Of a stretch of 64,000 bases of DNA, positions 39,101 through 51,513 are shown piece after piece. The notes below the pieces were generated by a model, which worked only from the letters and a program-made list of their open reading frames with translations, searched no databases and had not been told where the DNA came from. How positions within the stretch are numbered: the stretch's first letter is position 1; the number at the start of each line of letters is the position of its first letter. Position numbers and translations under genes: made by a program. Origin of the DNA: Blepharisma stoltei ATCC 30299 (Eukaryota; Protista; Ciliophora); assembly GCA_965603825.1 (NCBI GenBank), contig CBFDEM010000044.1, positions 62,001 to 126,000 on the forward strand. The letters are read 5' to 3'.

Positions 39101-42100
39101 TCCATCAATTAATTCTTGTAAAAATTGGATGTTAGAGAAGCTCGGATTTTTCTGAATTTTTTGATATGAAGCAATATAGTCTCCAAGCGTGATAGCTGAA
39201 GATTTGCTTTTTATTATTCGATTTTTGATTACTTCAGGGTAGCCTGATAATGTTAGCGCTCTTTTAGCTTTTTTGACCAAACTTTTATTCGTCGCTAGGG
39301 TAATTAAATCTTGGTTTACAGGCGAGGGGTCTTTGATTATTGCTAATGCGTTATCAGATATTCCATATTTCAGCATAGGGTTTGCTAATAATTTAACAAT
39401 TTCTTCATTTTCTGGCTTATTATCATATTCTCCAGACACTAAATTTGACGCAATAATTCCCATCAAAACATTCACAGCTTGCATAATACCTGTAGGCCAA
39501 ACTTCTGTGTATCTTGCTTCTATATAAGATTTTATTTCAATTTTCCATCCATAGTCATTTTGCGAGCCATCTGAATGAAAAGTAAAAAATAATAAAGGAT
39601 TTTTTACTTCAAAAGGTTCTTTAGGCCAGTCAGTGCCAGTCCATTTAGCGAGTTTATTCAACTTTTCTTTTTCAGTTCACAGTTCTAAATAATCGCAGCT
39701 ATTTTCTGTTTTGCATTGAGGGTCAAAGATCAATGTATATTTTTTTGCTCTCGGAAATTGTATAAGATACTCAGTATTCATATTGTCTTTATAGTTATGC
39801 TCACTTTCAAAAATCTGGCTAAATGCTTTTGGCTCTGTATTCAAAATTGGAGGTTTTGCTGGAAATCGGTGGAGAGTCCATATTAAAGTTTGGATTTCTG
39901 ATAAAATTTTTGATAAGAAATTTATATCTGATTTTGTGACCATAAGTAAATGCAAAAATATTTCGAGTGTTTGGTTAATCATAGTGTCTTTGGATTTTAT
40001 GTAAAATTCGTCAGGTATTTCTCCATTAGGGTATAGCTCAAGAATTGTTTTAATTATTTCGGAGGTGGCTTTGAAAAAGGAGAGGGAGTATAAAGATAAA
40101 ATTCCAAGCCATTTTGATGAAAAAATGGATTTGGCAGCTTGAGAAAAAATGGCGGTTTGGGCGGTTTCTAGTAGTTTTATTAAGGAAATATCATATTGCT
40201 TTCCTTGTATTGCTTTTATAGATTCTTGGGCCGCAAATTCAATTAGCAAATCTATAAATTTTCTTATTAATATTTCTTGATCTTCTCCTACAAGCTCTAA
40301 TGCTGAAAATAATTTTTCTGGCTTTTTCATTTCACTGAAAATTTTGTCTTGCAGCTTAATCAATCCTTCATTATCTTCTTTATTTTTTTTCCTATTTTCA
40401 AGCCGAGTTACCATAAATAAAAGTTTTTCTTTGGGATCTCCATAAAATATATCAAAGCACAAACTTATGGTTGATGAAGCTTCTTCTGAAGATTTCGTAT
40501 TAGGCAAAAGTAATATTAGTTCTGTCGAATGGTCAAATATTCTTTTTTTTATTAGAGAAGTTAAATCATTTTCACTGTGAAATTCTGATATCAATAAATG
40601 CGCTCTAATAATTTTTTGTAATGATATAAAACAGCTATGACAATTTTCTAAATTCAGCTTCGAAAACTCATTTTTTTTGGCTATAATAAGGATTTTTTCA
40701 AAAATTAAGTCAAGTTGGTCTAATGTAGAGCATCGCAAATCTATTGAAATTCCTTTCTTTTTTGGCTGAGTACATGCTTTGTTTTCACTTTGAAGGAAAT
40801 TCAAGACATTTTCATTTGCATTAGCTAGCTTATTCAATATAAACGTCAAAATATCTCCTGACGTCACTCCTAAATATTCATCATTAATTTCTTCATTTCC
40901 AAAAATTTTAAATAATTTATTTTCTTTGAATAAATTACTGTCCACATGCTTTTCTATGCCCAATAATTTTGCAACCTCTTCAGGGTAATCCTCAGGATTA
41001 ACCAGTCGAATTTTGGATACCCCGCTTTGGCTTGTATAAATTTTGACGACATCAGGCAGAGGTTTATGTTTTTCTTGAGGTTCTTTTATTCCGTTTTTAT
41101 AAAAAGTGACTGTTTTCTCGTTCATATCTAAAAGCATTCCTATTTTGTCACCAATGCTTCATTTTTCCCATTTATAAATTTCAGTGCTTTTTAACCATAT
41201 AGTGGAATCTGCTTGATATGAAATAGTTGTGAAGCTGTTCTCTGCCCAACAAGTAAGTGAGTTGTATTTTGCATCAGCAACTCCGAGCATTAAATTCTCA
41301 GTAGAAAGCTTTTCTATTATTGCTTCGAAATAGTGGATGCCTGATCGGAATTCGTCTTCACCAAGAACTGTTGACCAGCCACTTTCTCCAGATACAGCGG
41401 TCCCATAATCTTCTATATTACTTTCCGGCCCACATTTATCTATACTTCATTTCGGGGATAACGCCCCAAAATCTTTAAAAATTTTCAACAAAGGAAAAAT
41501 TGCTTCTAAAACTTCTCTATCAACTTGTCTCACCACAAAAAGGCTTACAACCAGCGCTAAAATAGTATTTAAATTCCCAGAAGCAATACATAGTGATAGC
41601 AGCGGGACGAAATTTGTTTTTCTTTCATTTCTCAAAATTGAATCAAAAAACTGAGTAATTACAGTTAAACTGTTAACAATAGCTGGCTCATTTGACTGTA
41701 AAGACAGCGGCGGAATTTCTTTCAAAATTTCACAAGCCTGCTGTATTAATCTCTCATGCAGCTCTGGCTTAATTTCTTTAACAGTCTCTATAATCATAAC
41801 AATAGTTCTAAGCCCAGCACTAATCGCAATTTCTGCTTTATCTGATATGGCTGTTTTTTTTATTTTCTCTTTTTTCTCCTCATTTTTGCCTCTCAATTTA
41901 TTAAATTGTTCAATTCTCAATAAGCTCTCAAAGGATTTTGAAATTGCTTGGAATTTTTTTATAATTTCTTTTGTGGATGAATCTTCAGTTCTTTTTCTCA
42001 AAATGTCTTCAATTAGATTTTTTATGGCGTCAGCGTGTTTTTCGTGAAAGCGATCAGGGTTATCAAGGCTTAAAATCATGGATTCTTCTTGGTCAGTTGT

Positions 42101-42301
42101 GACGTCGTCTTCTTTTGGTTTGGTTTTGTCGAGTCCTGGGGCTTGATAGACGTCAAGATCAGATCTAGATAAGAGAGAATCTATGTCGAAAATAATGGAA
42201 GGGTTTGATATGAAGGCTAAGTCATCTTTTAAGGTTTTGGAAATTCGGTCGAGGTCTAAGGAATCAACTCTTGATAATATATCACTCAAAGAGTTACCCA
42301 T
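30170..42301 (-). CDS. Giant HECT E3 ubiquitin ligase, ~4040 aa, with SPRY, CUB-like, UBA-like and MABP-like modules
   Basis: Eleven supplied ORFs share one frame and end in TGA except the last. HERC-type HECT domain (GEASIDAGGPYNES, FLGKLMGAAIRT, FVWGRSKLP, catalytic YLPVSHTCFF). Confidence 0.9.
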
Positions 42302-42847
42302 TTTTCTATTATAGGCAGTTTCATATTGAAATAGACTGAAAAAGCTGGGGTAAGAAAGCTTTAATGAATTATTAGGAGAAACTTTAGATAACGAAAATAT
42401 ATGAAGGGTTTGAGGATTTTTATTTTTTATAGGGATAATATATTTAATATAAGAAGAATTTTTAATTTATAGTTTGTGTGTGAAAAAAGTATAATTAAAT
42501 ACATATTTTGTTTAAGATAGAATTTTTATTTTAAATTAAATTTGAGACAGTTATCCCTATTTTTGTATGCAATGATATCAGAAACTAAATAATGTTCTAT
42601 TATTTTAAGCTATTTTCCTTTATAACTATATACAAATATCAAATGAAAAAGGCTACCAAGCTTGGCGCATTATGCTATTTATAAACAAACAGAGTTTATA
42701 ATAAGATTAAGCCTTATATATTTTACGCTCCATGCAGTGATAATAATTGTATTTGATTATAAAGGAAATTTTGCAAAGAAAATTTATTAACGCTGCCAAA
42801 ATATCATCATTAATACTGCAGTTAATAATCTCTGAATAAAAAATATT

Positions 42848-43330
42848 TTAAATTACAAATGGTAGTCTATTTGATAAATTTTTCTTCAGAAAGTTAAATT
42901 CCTTTATCCTCTTAGGCAAATTAGCAGCTGGAGGCAATTTAAGATTTTTATTATTTTTGATTTTCTCCCCAGTTTCAATTGTCAATGCTTCTTTTTTAAT
43001 TTTTCCAGAATTGAGTCCTTTTTTTCTTAAGCTGCCCTCTGAGTTAACCTTCTTTAAATAAGTACTATTTAGCGCCAAATTTTGTTTTGACAAGCTATGC
43101 TGACTATTTCGATTATTTGCTAATCCTTTAATTTTATTATTCTTTGGCCTAGAAGAGGGAACTCTACTTCTTGAAGAACTATTTATCAGGTTTTTTCCAA
43201 GTTCGGTAAAGTTATTAAGCTTTTTGATTGTAATTTTATAGTCTTGATCAAGCTCATAAAGGTGATATGATGAAATTCCAAGCTCTATTTTATGAACTGG
43301 GACTGGACTTCTTATCGGTGTATGTGCCAA
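42848..43330 (-). CDS. Hypothetical basic protein, start uncertain
   Basis: 160-codon open frame, but no in-frame ATG before the upstream TAA. Confidence 0.35.
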   Translation of the reverse strand: MAHTPIRSPVPVHKIELGISSYHLYELDQDYKITIKKLNNFTELGKNLINSSSRSRVPSSRPKNNKIKGLANNRNSQHSLSKQNLALNSTYLKKVNSEGSLRKKGLNSGKIKKEALTIETGEKIKNNKNLKLPPAANLPKRIKEFNFLKKNLSNRLPFVI

Positions 43331-43599
43331 TTTATATAAATATATGGCAATAATGAAAAAATGCCTTCATTAAAACTCCAAATCATCTTATTCTCACTTG
43401 AAAAGTATAATCAAAATTTGTGAAACCCAATAAAGTTTATTATTTTCACATGAAATTTATAAAATACCAACTAATTAGCTTGTCTTAAAAGGCTATAAAT
43501 TGTTCGTTATATTTTCTAAAATTTATTAATCATACCCTACTTTACTTAAAATTTATGAATAAATAAGTAATTATTAACCCATAATTAAAATTCTCAACA

Positions 43600-44343
43600 A
43601 TGACAAATACACTTGAGCAATATTCTATTCAAGTTCTGACTGAAGAATCTGATAAAATTCACACAGAAGCTTGCTCATGAAGCCAAGAAAAAACGTGAGA
43701 GTCTTATAGTACCAGCATAAAATGCTTCCTAAAATCACGTGATAAACTTTCAAACCCTTTCCACTACAAAAAGAGAAATTATGATATAAACTTTAACAAA
43801 GACAATTTTAAACGAATTTTACTAAATCTTGAATTTAATCCTAGCCAAGAAGAGCCTTTTATTAAATTTTCTATGCTACCAAGCCCTCCAAAAGCTGATA
43901 AGAAATATTTGCAAAAATTAGACAAAAAAAATCAAACAAATAGATGCAAATGTTTATCAATTGACAATGGGATCTGCACAAGCTCTAACATAGAAAGCCG
44001 GTGCGATTCCCCTGATTGTTTAATGAAAATGCATAAACCTCAGCGGTCGCTGCTATCATTTCCTAAAAGGGAACATATCAGAATTCCTTCATATACCCCA
44101 AGCGCCCACAGATTTTTAAGCCCAAAATCTGATCATATGTCCATTCGCCGTGCAGGATGTAGATCAACAAGCCCTGAATGTATAATCCCAAAAACCCCTA
44201 CCAGTGTTCTTAATACCTGCAAGCCAGAAACTGTTGTCAAAGACAAAACTTCCCCAAAACCTCCTAATCCTAAAATGGCTCCTATAATAGCCCAAAGAAG
44301 TGAATTAAGGCTTCCTTTTATATGTCGAAGCTTAATATGTTAG
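43600..44343 (+). CDS. Hypothetical protein, ~247 aa
   Basis: ATG 43600 is in frame with ORF 43873 through TGA=Trp codons; Cys cluster CKC..C...C..C and a Ser/Pro-rich tail. Confidence 0.65.
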
Positions 44344-44372
44344 AATTTAAGTCGGTTTCTTAAACTTTTAAA

Positions 44373-45500
44373 ATGGCGTCTGAAGAACGGTTTGTCTTTG
44401 TGGTGGATTGGTTTGATCAAGCAGCTTCTTTAATTAGGAAATACCAGCTTACTTATTTCTGTGTCGACAACTCTATTGAAATGGTGATTTTTATGTAGTA
44501 TGACTTAAAAAACCGAAGAGTTTTCTTAAAAAGGTGCCAATATCCTAGCTTAGCGCTAAGTGATTTGTATTTGCAGGCTACTATTACGATTTTTTCAAGG
44601 CAGCTAAAAGTTGTGGACTATGGCGATGTATTTTCCCGATCCAGATTTGAAGCTGAAAGAGGGCGCACTTTTGCAATGATAAAACCAGATGCTTATAATC
44701 ACATTGGAAAAATCGTCGATAGAATTTTGGAAGCTGGCTTCAGGATTTCTAATATCAGGATGGTAAGATTTTCAACTGAAAACGCCAGGCAGTTTTATGC
44801 AGAGCATGCAGGAAAACCATTTTATGACGGTTTAGTTGGATTTATGTCAAGTGATGTTGTAGTTGGAATGGAATTGGTAGCAGTTGACGCTGTTCCAAAA
44901 TGGAGAAGTTTAATGGGGCCAACTAACTCGAATACAGCAAGAAATGATGCTCCTACCAGTATTAGAGCGACTTTTGGTACAGATGGACAAAGAAATGCGA
45001 CCCACGGAAGTGACTCTCCTGCTAGCGCAAACCGAGAAATTAATTTCTTTTTTAGCATCCCAAGCAATACAGCTGCTCTTAATAATTGCACCTGCTGCGT
45101 TATTAAACCTCATGCAATCCAAAATGCAGGAAAAATCATTGACATGATCTTAAGTGAAGGGTTCGAAATTTCTGCATTAAAAATGATCCACCTCGACAAA
45201 CCCTCTGCTGAAGAATTTTTAGACGTTTATAAAAATATTTTGCCTGAATTTGTCTCACTTGTAGACCAATTAATATCAGGCCCTTGCATTTGTCTAGAAA
45301 TTCGACAAGAAAATGTCGTCCAAAGCTTCAGAGATCTGTGTGGGCCACTTGATCCTGAAATAGCTAGGCATTTAAGACCAAATACAATAAGAGCAAGATA
45401 TGGGGTTGATAGAGTACAAAATGCAGTGCATTGCACAGACTTGCCAGAAGACGGGGTACTAGAGTGTGAGTATTTCTTTAGAGTTTTAGCTGGTAACTAA
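44373..45500 (+). CDS. NME7: Nucleoside diphosphate kinase 7 (DM10 + two NDK domains), ~370 aa, 1 intron
   Basis: ERFVFVVDWFD..IEM|YDLKNRRVFLKR (DM10), RTFAMIKPDA, NATHGSDS, NAVHCTDLPEDGVLE. Confidence 0.95.
44484..44498 (+). other. 15-nt spliceosomal intron with a GTG donor
   Basis: gtgatttttatgtag; removal restores the conserved IEMYDLK. Confidence 0.95.
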
Positions 45501-45539
45501 GCCTTTTTATTTAATTTCATCCATAAAAAAATCTTAATC

Positions 45540-46256
45540 TTAATGCAATTTCCCCAATTCTTCAATTTCTTGTTCATACTCAATCTCATGCCTTGGTCTC
45601 CTCTTCGGTAAAATTTGGTCTAAATCTTCAATTTCTTGGTCACTTTCCTCAATGTCTTCCTCCACAAATTCAATTTGTTCTTCTTCATCTAGCAGTTCAT
45701 TGTAAAGTTTTGGTGGATAATTATAAATTTCATCATAAGTCCCACTTTTCAGCCTCTCTAACAGCTCTTTTTCAATGCTGATTTCGATATTTGCTGCTTT
45801 TTCTGCTTTGGCTTCTCTCGTTTTTTCTCTTCTTTCAGCTTTTTTGCTGACAGTGACTAATTTTGTGTTGTCTTGTTTTTTGATTTTTCGCTGTCTAATT
45901 AAATATTGAACGATTTTTGTGAATCTTTGTTTATTCTTGTGGATAAGAAAGTCTGGCCAAAATTCAAGATGTTCGTCTATCTGTTCCAAAGCCAACTTAT
46001 AATTTTGTAAAAGCTTAATTCTTTCCCAGAGCTTTTTCGGAGTATTTGCACGTTCAGGGACTTTTTTGTACAGATAGCAGACTCCTTCTTTTTCAATGAT
46101 AGTCGCATAGGTGCTATTGGCTAATGGGCAAGATCGTCTATTGCAGAGACCTGTCACATTGTACTGGTTTCTGCAGAAGTTTTGTGTTTCAGTTGATGCA
46201 CGATAAGAACAATGGTTTGAGCCTATTACTCCCCATATGACTTCATCGTTCTGCAT
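45540..46256 (-). CDS. MAK16: Ribosome biogenesis protein MAK16
   Basis: MQNDEVIW..HCS..FCRNQYNVTGLCNRRSCPLANS; IEKELLERLKSGTY. Confidence 0.97.
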   Translation of the reverse strand: MQNDEVIWGVIGSNHCSYRASTETQNFCRNQYNVTGLCNRRSCPLANSTYATIIEKEGVCYLYKKVPERANTPKKLWERIKLLQNYKLALEQIDEHLEFWPDFLIHKNKQRFTKIVQYLIRQRKIKKQDNTKLVTVSKKAERREKTREAKAEKAANIEISIEKELLERLKSGTYDEIYNYPPKLYNELLDEEEQIEFVEEDIEESDQEIEDLDQILPKRRPRHEIEYEQEIEELGKLH

Positions 46257-46273
46257 ATTTATTTATCTTTTAC

Positions 46274-47032
46274 TTAAGAATATTTGCTAACAGCATTAAG
46301 CTTGGTGCAGGTTTCTTCTAATAAGGTCAATAATGTTTCTTCTGAGGATTCTCTGTCTTTTCGTTCTTGATCTAGTTCTGCTTTTATACGAGATACGACG
46401 TCTCTGACCATGGCGAGTAGAGCTTCTTCTGTTTCTTCACGGGCTTTTCTTTCCATTCCTAAGGTGTTATTGATTTCTCCTAAATCATTTTGCAATTTTT
46501 TCATCAAATTTGCTTCTAGCTCTTCTCTTTCCCTTACAGAATTTTCCATATACTCATAAAGTTTTGGTGGATCCTTGCTAAAATATAGCTTTGCTTCTTT
46601 TTCTGCCTCTTCTCTGGCTCTAACCTCCTTTAAAAGTTCATTTTTTATGCTTTCAATTCTTTCGTCAATCAGCCGTTGTGCACGAATTTCATTTTCTTTA
46701 CGTGAATTGCCAGCTTTTACAATAATTTCATGCATTCGGTCTTGGATTTCTGTAAGTTCGCGTGATTTTACTTCAAAAAATGCTTCACGTGTCGACCGTT
46801 CTTCGTCAAGTGCTTTTTGGATTTTTAAAAGATTCTCTTTTAAGGATCCGAATTTTTTAGTATTTTGTTCTTGAGATTCAAAGAGCTGTTCTTCTATAGC
46901 TTGGAGCTTATCATTTATGGAGTCTAAACGAGATGTGCGGTCTCCTTCTAGAGATGTTTGGATTGAACTGAGTTTATCAGAAAGACGGTGAATACGGTCT
47001 CGGAAAGCGGACTCTGAATGATTTTTGCTCAT
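46274..47032 (-). CDS. SF-assemblin / beta-giardin family striated-fibre coiled-coil protein
   Basis: 252-aa coiled coil with repeated E-R-x-x-R-E-E segments, ending ERKDRESSEETLLTLLEETCTKL. Confidence 0.8.
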   Translation of the reverse strand: MSKNHSESAFRDRIHRLSDKLSSIQTSLEGDRTSRLDSINDKLQAIEEQLFESQEQNTKKFGSLKENLLKIQKALDEERSTREAFFEVKSRELTEIQDRMHEIIVKAGNSRKENEIRAQRLIDERIESIKNELLKEVRAREEAEKEAKLYFSKDPPKLYEYMENSVREREELEANLMKKLQNDLGEINNTLGMERKAREETEEALLAMVRDVVSRIKAELDQERKDRESSEETLLTLLEETCTKLNAVSKYS

Positions 47033-47924
47033 TTTTAGATTATTTGAAAAAGTTTTAAGAAATAATTAAGAGAGATATGATATAGAAGATTTAGCGATAA
47101 TAATATGGAGTAGAAGAGGATATTAGATATTCTGAAAATGGATAAAGCAGTATTGAAAAGATATGGGAATTAAAAAGATTTCCATATTAAGTTTATGACA
47201 TTGAAGTATATCACTATTAATCTTGCTTTCAAATTGCTTACCTCATTTAAATAAGCTTTGGAGAGGAGAAATTATAAATAAGGATTTAAGATTAGGATTT
47301 GAGGTATTTTTTTAATTAGGAATATTTTAAATCATAATAATTATTCATTTGTTATTCTATAAGACTTTTTGAAAATTCTCACTTAATTAGCTATAATTGT
47401 GACTGAAGTCAAAATAAGCAATATAATAAGAATTGGCTCGCCACGCAATGTTAAGTTTCTTAATAAGCCATATTCTGATATATAATAGTGCCTTATTGCC
47501 TTCAATATTAACATTTAATTAGCTAAGCGGTATATTATGACCGTTTTTACAAAATTAAGCGAAAATTAATTCTTGATTTTTCTAATCGGTAACAGCTTTA
47601 TTTTACATGAGTTTGAACGAAAGGATTTGCCTTAAAAATGAAATTGTTGTGGCTGAAATTAAGAAAAAGTCCGGGAAATAATAAGCGGGCAAATAATAAA
47701 TTTCTAGTACTCTTTTTATTGCAGTATAATGAAAAGGAATTGATTATTGTTTCTTTCTACAAGAAACTTCTTATTATAATTGCTTTTCTTTTAGCCTTTA
47801 AAATTGCTGGATTTTTGATGAAAAATTTTAATGTGACTATTATAAGTTAATCTACACAGCTCAGCCATTTTAGTTAGCGTTTTTGAAATATTTAATTTTT
47901 AAGCGATTATAATTAAATATTTTA

Positions 47925-48413
47925 ATGCAAGACGTTTCCCAATGGGTCGCCTTAGCAAGCACTCTTAGCGAAAATAAAAACAAATTTTTTTCCCACATTG
48001 AGCCCATAAAAGAAGCTGTAAACACTATCGAAGATTTTTTGGAGGAATCGAAAAAACAAATGGATTCTTTATTATCGAATGAAAATATTACCGATCTCGA
48101 CTTTAAAAGCCAAATTTCTCATATAAGGATATTAACAAAGCTGCTGTTTCAAAAGAGAAAATCAATGATTTTATGTTGTGTAAAAAAGTGCATAGATAGC
48201 TTAAAAAAATATGAAAAATCCAAAAATGACAAAATTATGAAAGAGATCTGTGTTGATATTCTAAGCACAATTGAAAACGAAAAAGGACTGCCTAAAACTT
48301 CTGAGGAACTAAAAAAAATCAATAAGCTGAGGACGATCACAGAAAAATTGATAAAAAACTTGGAGAGTACATTAGAAGAAGATAGTCAAATTTGTATAAA
48401 CGTGAAAGCATAA
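47925..48413 (+). CDS. Hypothetical helical protein, 162 aa
   Basis: Clean ATG-TAA ORF in AT-rich flanks; no recognisable motif. Confidence 0.6.
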   Translation: MQDVSQWVALASTLSENKNKFFSHIEPIKEAVNTIEDFLEESKKQMDSLLSNENITDLDFKSQISHIRILTKLLFQKRKSMILCCVKKCIDSLKKYEKSKNDKIMKEICVDILSTIENEKGLPKTSEELKKINKLRTITEKLIKNLESTLEEDSQICINVKA

Positions 48414-49048
48414 ATTAACAAAATCAAAGAGAATTGATATAGAAATTCATATTAAACAAATTGAATTAATGCTTGCTTTATTATAAGATATTTTCGCTTT
48501 TGAATTTCTCAAAAATGATATCAAGTTATAGTGGTATGGGGCCTATTTGATGCTTAATGAGTTATATACATATCCGAAGGTGAATAAAAGCATCGAATTT
48601 TAAAATTTTAAAGAAAAATTAAACATTTTCATTTTATCTTTCATAACTTCTAATATAAGCTTTCAAATTAATTTATCGGAATGAGTTATGTATCATAACT
48701 TAACAATTATCATGAAAAATTAAAAGAATAAGATAAATATGGGTTTCATTATTTTGAAAAAATGGATGATATTTCAATTTTAATTACTTAAATTCAGAAA
48801 ATTTTACAAATAAATTATATAAATAATCTTATAACAATTGATTCAATTTCTCTACGTTTCTAATTAATATAAAACTAGGCCTAATTATTACTATAATATT
48901 TAATTTTTAAGAGCAGGACAGCTAACTTATAGCGAATTTAGGCTTTTTATTCAAATTTTACTTTAATAACTATAAATTTCTTTTGATTTATTTAAATTTC
49001 CTTAATAATGCTACATTATTAAGCGTTGTTACTGATATATTGTAATAA

Positions 49049-49321
49049 ATGGGAGCAGCGCATGATAAGCCTGAAATAGAAGAAACTTCAAATAATATTG
49101 CAGAAATAAATCAAAAAACAGCGGACAGCATAAATATTCATCCTGTTCATTTGGACAAATATAATTTTGATGGGAGTTCTCAAGAAGAAATTTTTAATTC
49201 AATTGTGTCAAGCTATGCTTTAATCAATCAAAAAATTCGTAATATGAAGAGAACAATACGGCGGAGTAAAACAACAAAGATCCAAGCTGAAAATCACCTA
49301 AAAGCGTGGGGAAAAATTTAA
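49049..49321 (+). CDS. Small orphan family member 1 (MG-start, 90 aa)
   Basis: Shares the S.EE....IVS.YA..N..I core with three downstream ORFs. Confidence 0.75.
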   Translation: MGAAHDKPEIEETSNNIAEINQKTADSINIHPVHLDKYNFDGSSQEEIFNSIVSSYALINQKIRNMKRTIRRSKTTKIQAENHLKAWGKI

Positions 49322-50083
49322 AATTTCACTTTGCCATATAATGATAATTTTAGCTAAAAACGGCTAGTTTCTAAAATATATGTTGTATTTATATTTTAAA
49401 TCAAAGCAATATAAATACTGGGAAATGATTATTTATTTAGAAAAACTTTATACAAATAAAATACTATTAAGAAACTTATTGATATAATTTAATTCGCTAA
49501 GTATTGCTATAGCCCAAGAACTAGTCAAATTTCTTCTAACAGAGAAAGATTTTAAAGTCTAATCTTTTAGTGCTTTGGAAGCGTAAAGATATTTGAGAAA
49601 TTTATAAGAAACTGTTTTCATGCAATGTTGTAACTCATAATGATAAAAGTTATATAAATTCCATAAGGAAAAATTTATAAAGATGATAATTCTTTTCCAA
49701 ATGAAATCAATTAAGTTAATTATTAAACGTCACTATAAATAATTAGCATTATTGTTCCTAAAATCGCATTGAAAAATTCAATAATTCTGCATTTATAATT
49801 TATAAAATCCATTTCAAATCTGCAAGTATAAATATGGTAAAAGAAATCAAAATTTTGCCATAATAACTGAATAGTTTTATAGCTCAAAAATTTGAGGACA
49901 AGTTAATATTGATAAAATAAATTATTTCTAATCTTTTCCTAAAATCTTTATATTTTTAAAAAAATAATTTATTTTGAATTTGGATTAATACTGGAAACTT
50001 GATAATCGCTTTTTCAAGCTACAAAATTTTTTTCCCATTTTTACATTGAATTGTTTCACAGATTTTACTCAACATATAATAAT

Positions 50084-50395
50084 ATGGGATCAAGCAATTA
50101 TAAAATTGCAAAGGAAGAGACAGAGCAGGATATAGCCCAATCTAGCACATTAGGGACCGAACTAGATCTATCACCTGTGCATATAGACAATTATGATCTA
50201 AAAGGGAGCTCACAAGAAGAAATGTTCAAATTCATAGTTTCTAATTATGCTCTTATGAACAGACGAATAAAGGACACTAAAATGAGCATTAGAAAAGAAC
50301 AAAAAAGAGCCAGCAAAACCAAAACAGTGCCACCTCAATCACCTGAGAAACACAAACGAAAGGCTATGCCACGCTTAACAGCTGTTGAAAATTAA
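50084..50395 (+). CDS. Small orphan family member 2 (MG-start, 103 aa)
   Basis: ATG 50084 chosen by alignment with member 3 (MGSSN.K). Confidence 0.8.
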   Translation: MGSSNYKIAKEETEQDIAQSSTLGTELDLSPVHIDNYDLKGSSQEEMFKFIVSNYALMNRRIKDTKMSIRKEQKRASKTKTVPPQSPEKHKRKAMPRLTAVEN

Positions 50396-51513
50396 TGAAT
50401 ACAAAAGGTTTTCTATATATAAATCTAATTGAATCTTTAATTATATTAGATTTCTTGTTCCTTTGGTGTGGTAATTAAAGTTTGTAAAGTGAAAAAAATG
50501 GACACCATATAATTAGTTTAGAACTGTTTTTAGATTTTTATAAAAAGGGCATTTAATTCATTATACTTTTTTCATGGAATCCAAAGTTCTTTAATTGAAG
50601 TTTTAATCACTTTTAAAGTTGAGATAATTTATTTTTTGCTAAAAAATCAACTATATAGCATTAAAGTGATTTTTTTTGAAATAATTTAATTTTAATTTTG
50701 TCAAAATTTCTTATAAGAGATTATAGTAGTTCTAAAATATTAGCAATTATAAATAAAATAAGAAATTTTAACATTGATTTATAAAAGGATTATGATAGAA
50801 AAAAAAGGAAGCGAAAAGCACCATAGTAAAAAGGTGGGCAGGATTGTATGTAAAGAAAATTAGGGGAGATGCTTTTTAGGCTTGATTTATTGGAAAATTA
50901 TTATTATTTTACTTTAAAATTTTTTCTAGCTATTATTTGATGCACACGCTTTGATATAGACTAAAAATAATCAGAAAACTCAAGAAAGAGAGCTTTGTAA
51001 AAGTATTCTCTAGGATACCTTAAAATCTTTGAAAATTAATAGGAATATAATAAACAGCAGCAAATAATATAATTCTCTGCTGGTAAAAATTGAATTAAAC
51101 GATTATAATGCTTGACCAAGCCAGTTAGTCAACCTTTTATTATATTAGCTAAACTACTATAGCTATATGTTTGATTAAATAAAATGAAAAAATATAAAAT
51201 TTTAAGAATTAGCTTTTATATAAAATATTAGAAAAATTAAATTATTTTGAAAATTTCTAGATAGAAACTTGATAGAAGAAGCCAAAATTTTGCTAAAACT
51301 AATTGGTATTTTTCATGAATTAATTATTTTTAATTAAACAAAAATAATTGATAACCTTTGGGTTCGAATTGTATGCTTTTGCATATTTTTGCAGCATTTA
51401 TAGTAATAATAAATACAGAAATAAATTTATATGAAATTTTCTAACGTAATTTCAAAAATTTTTTCCATTTTTACATTGATTCAATTTACAGAATTAATTT
51501 AACTTATAATAAT

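Noticed and set aside
47638-47850. Short ORFs in AT-rich spacers (also 55183-55386 and 63272-63493)
   Set aside because: Low-complexity F/I/L/K composition typical of non-coding AT-rich DNA; no paralogue or motif support
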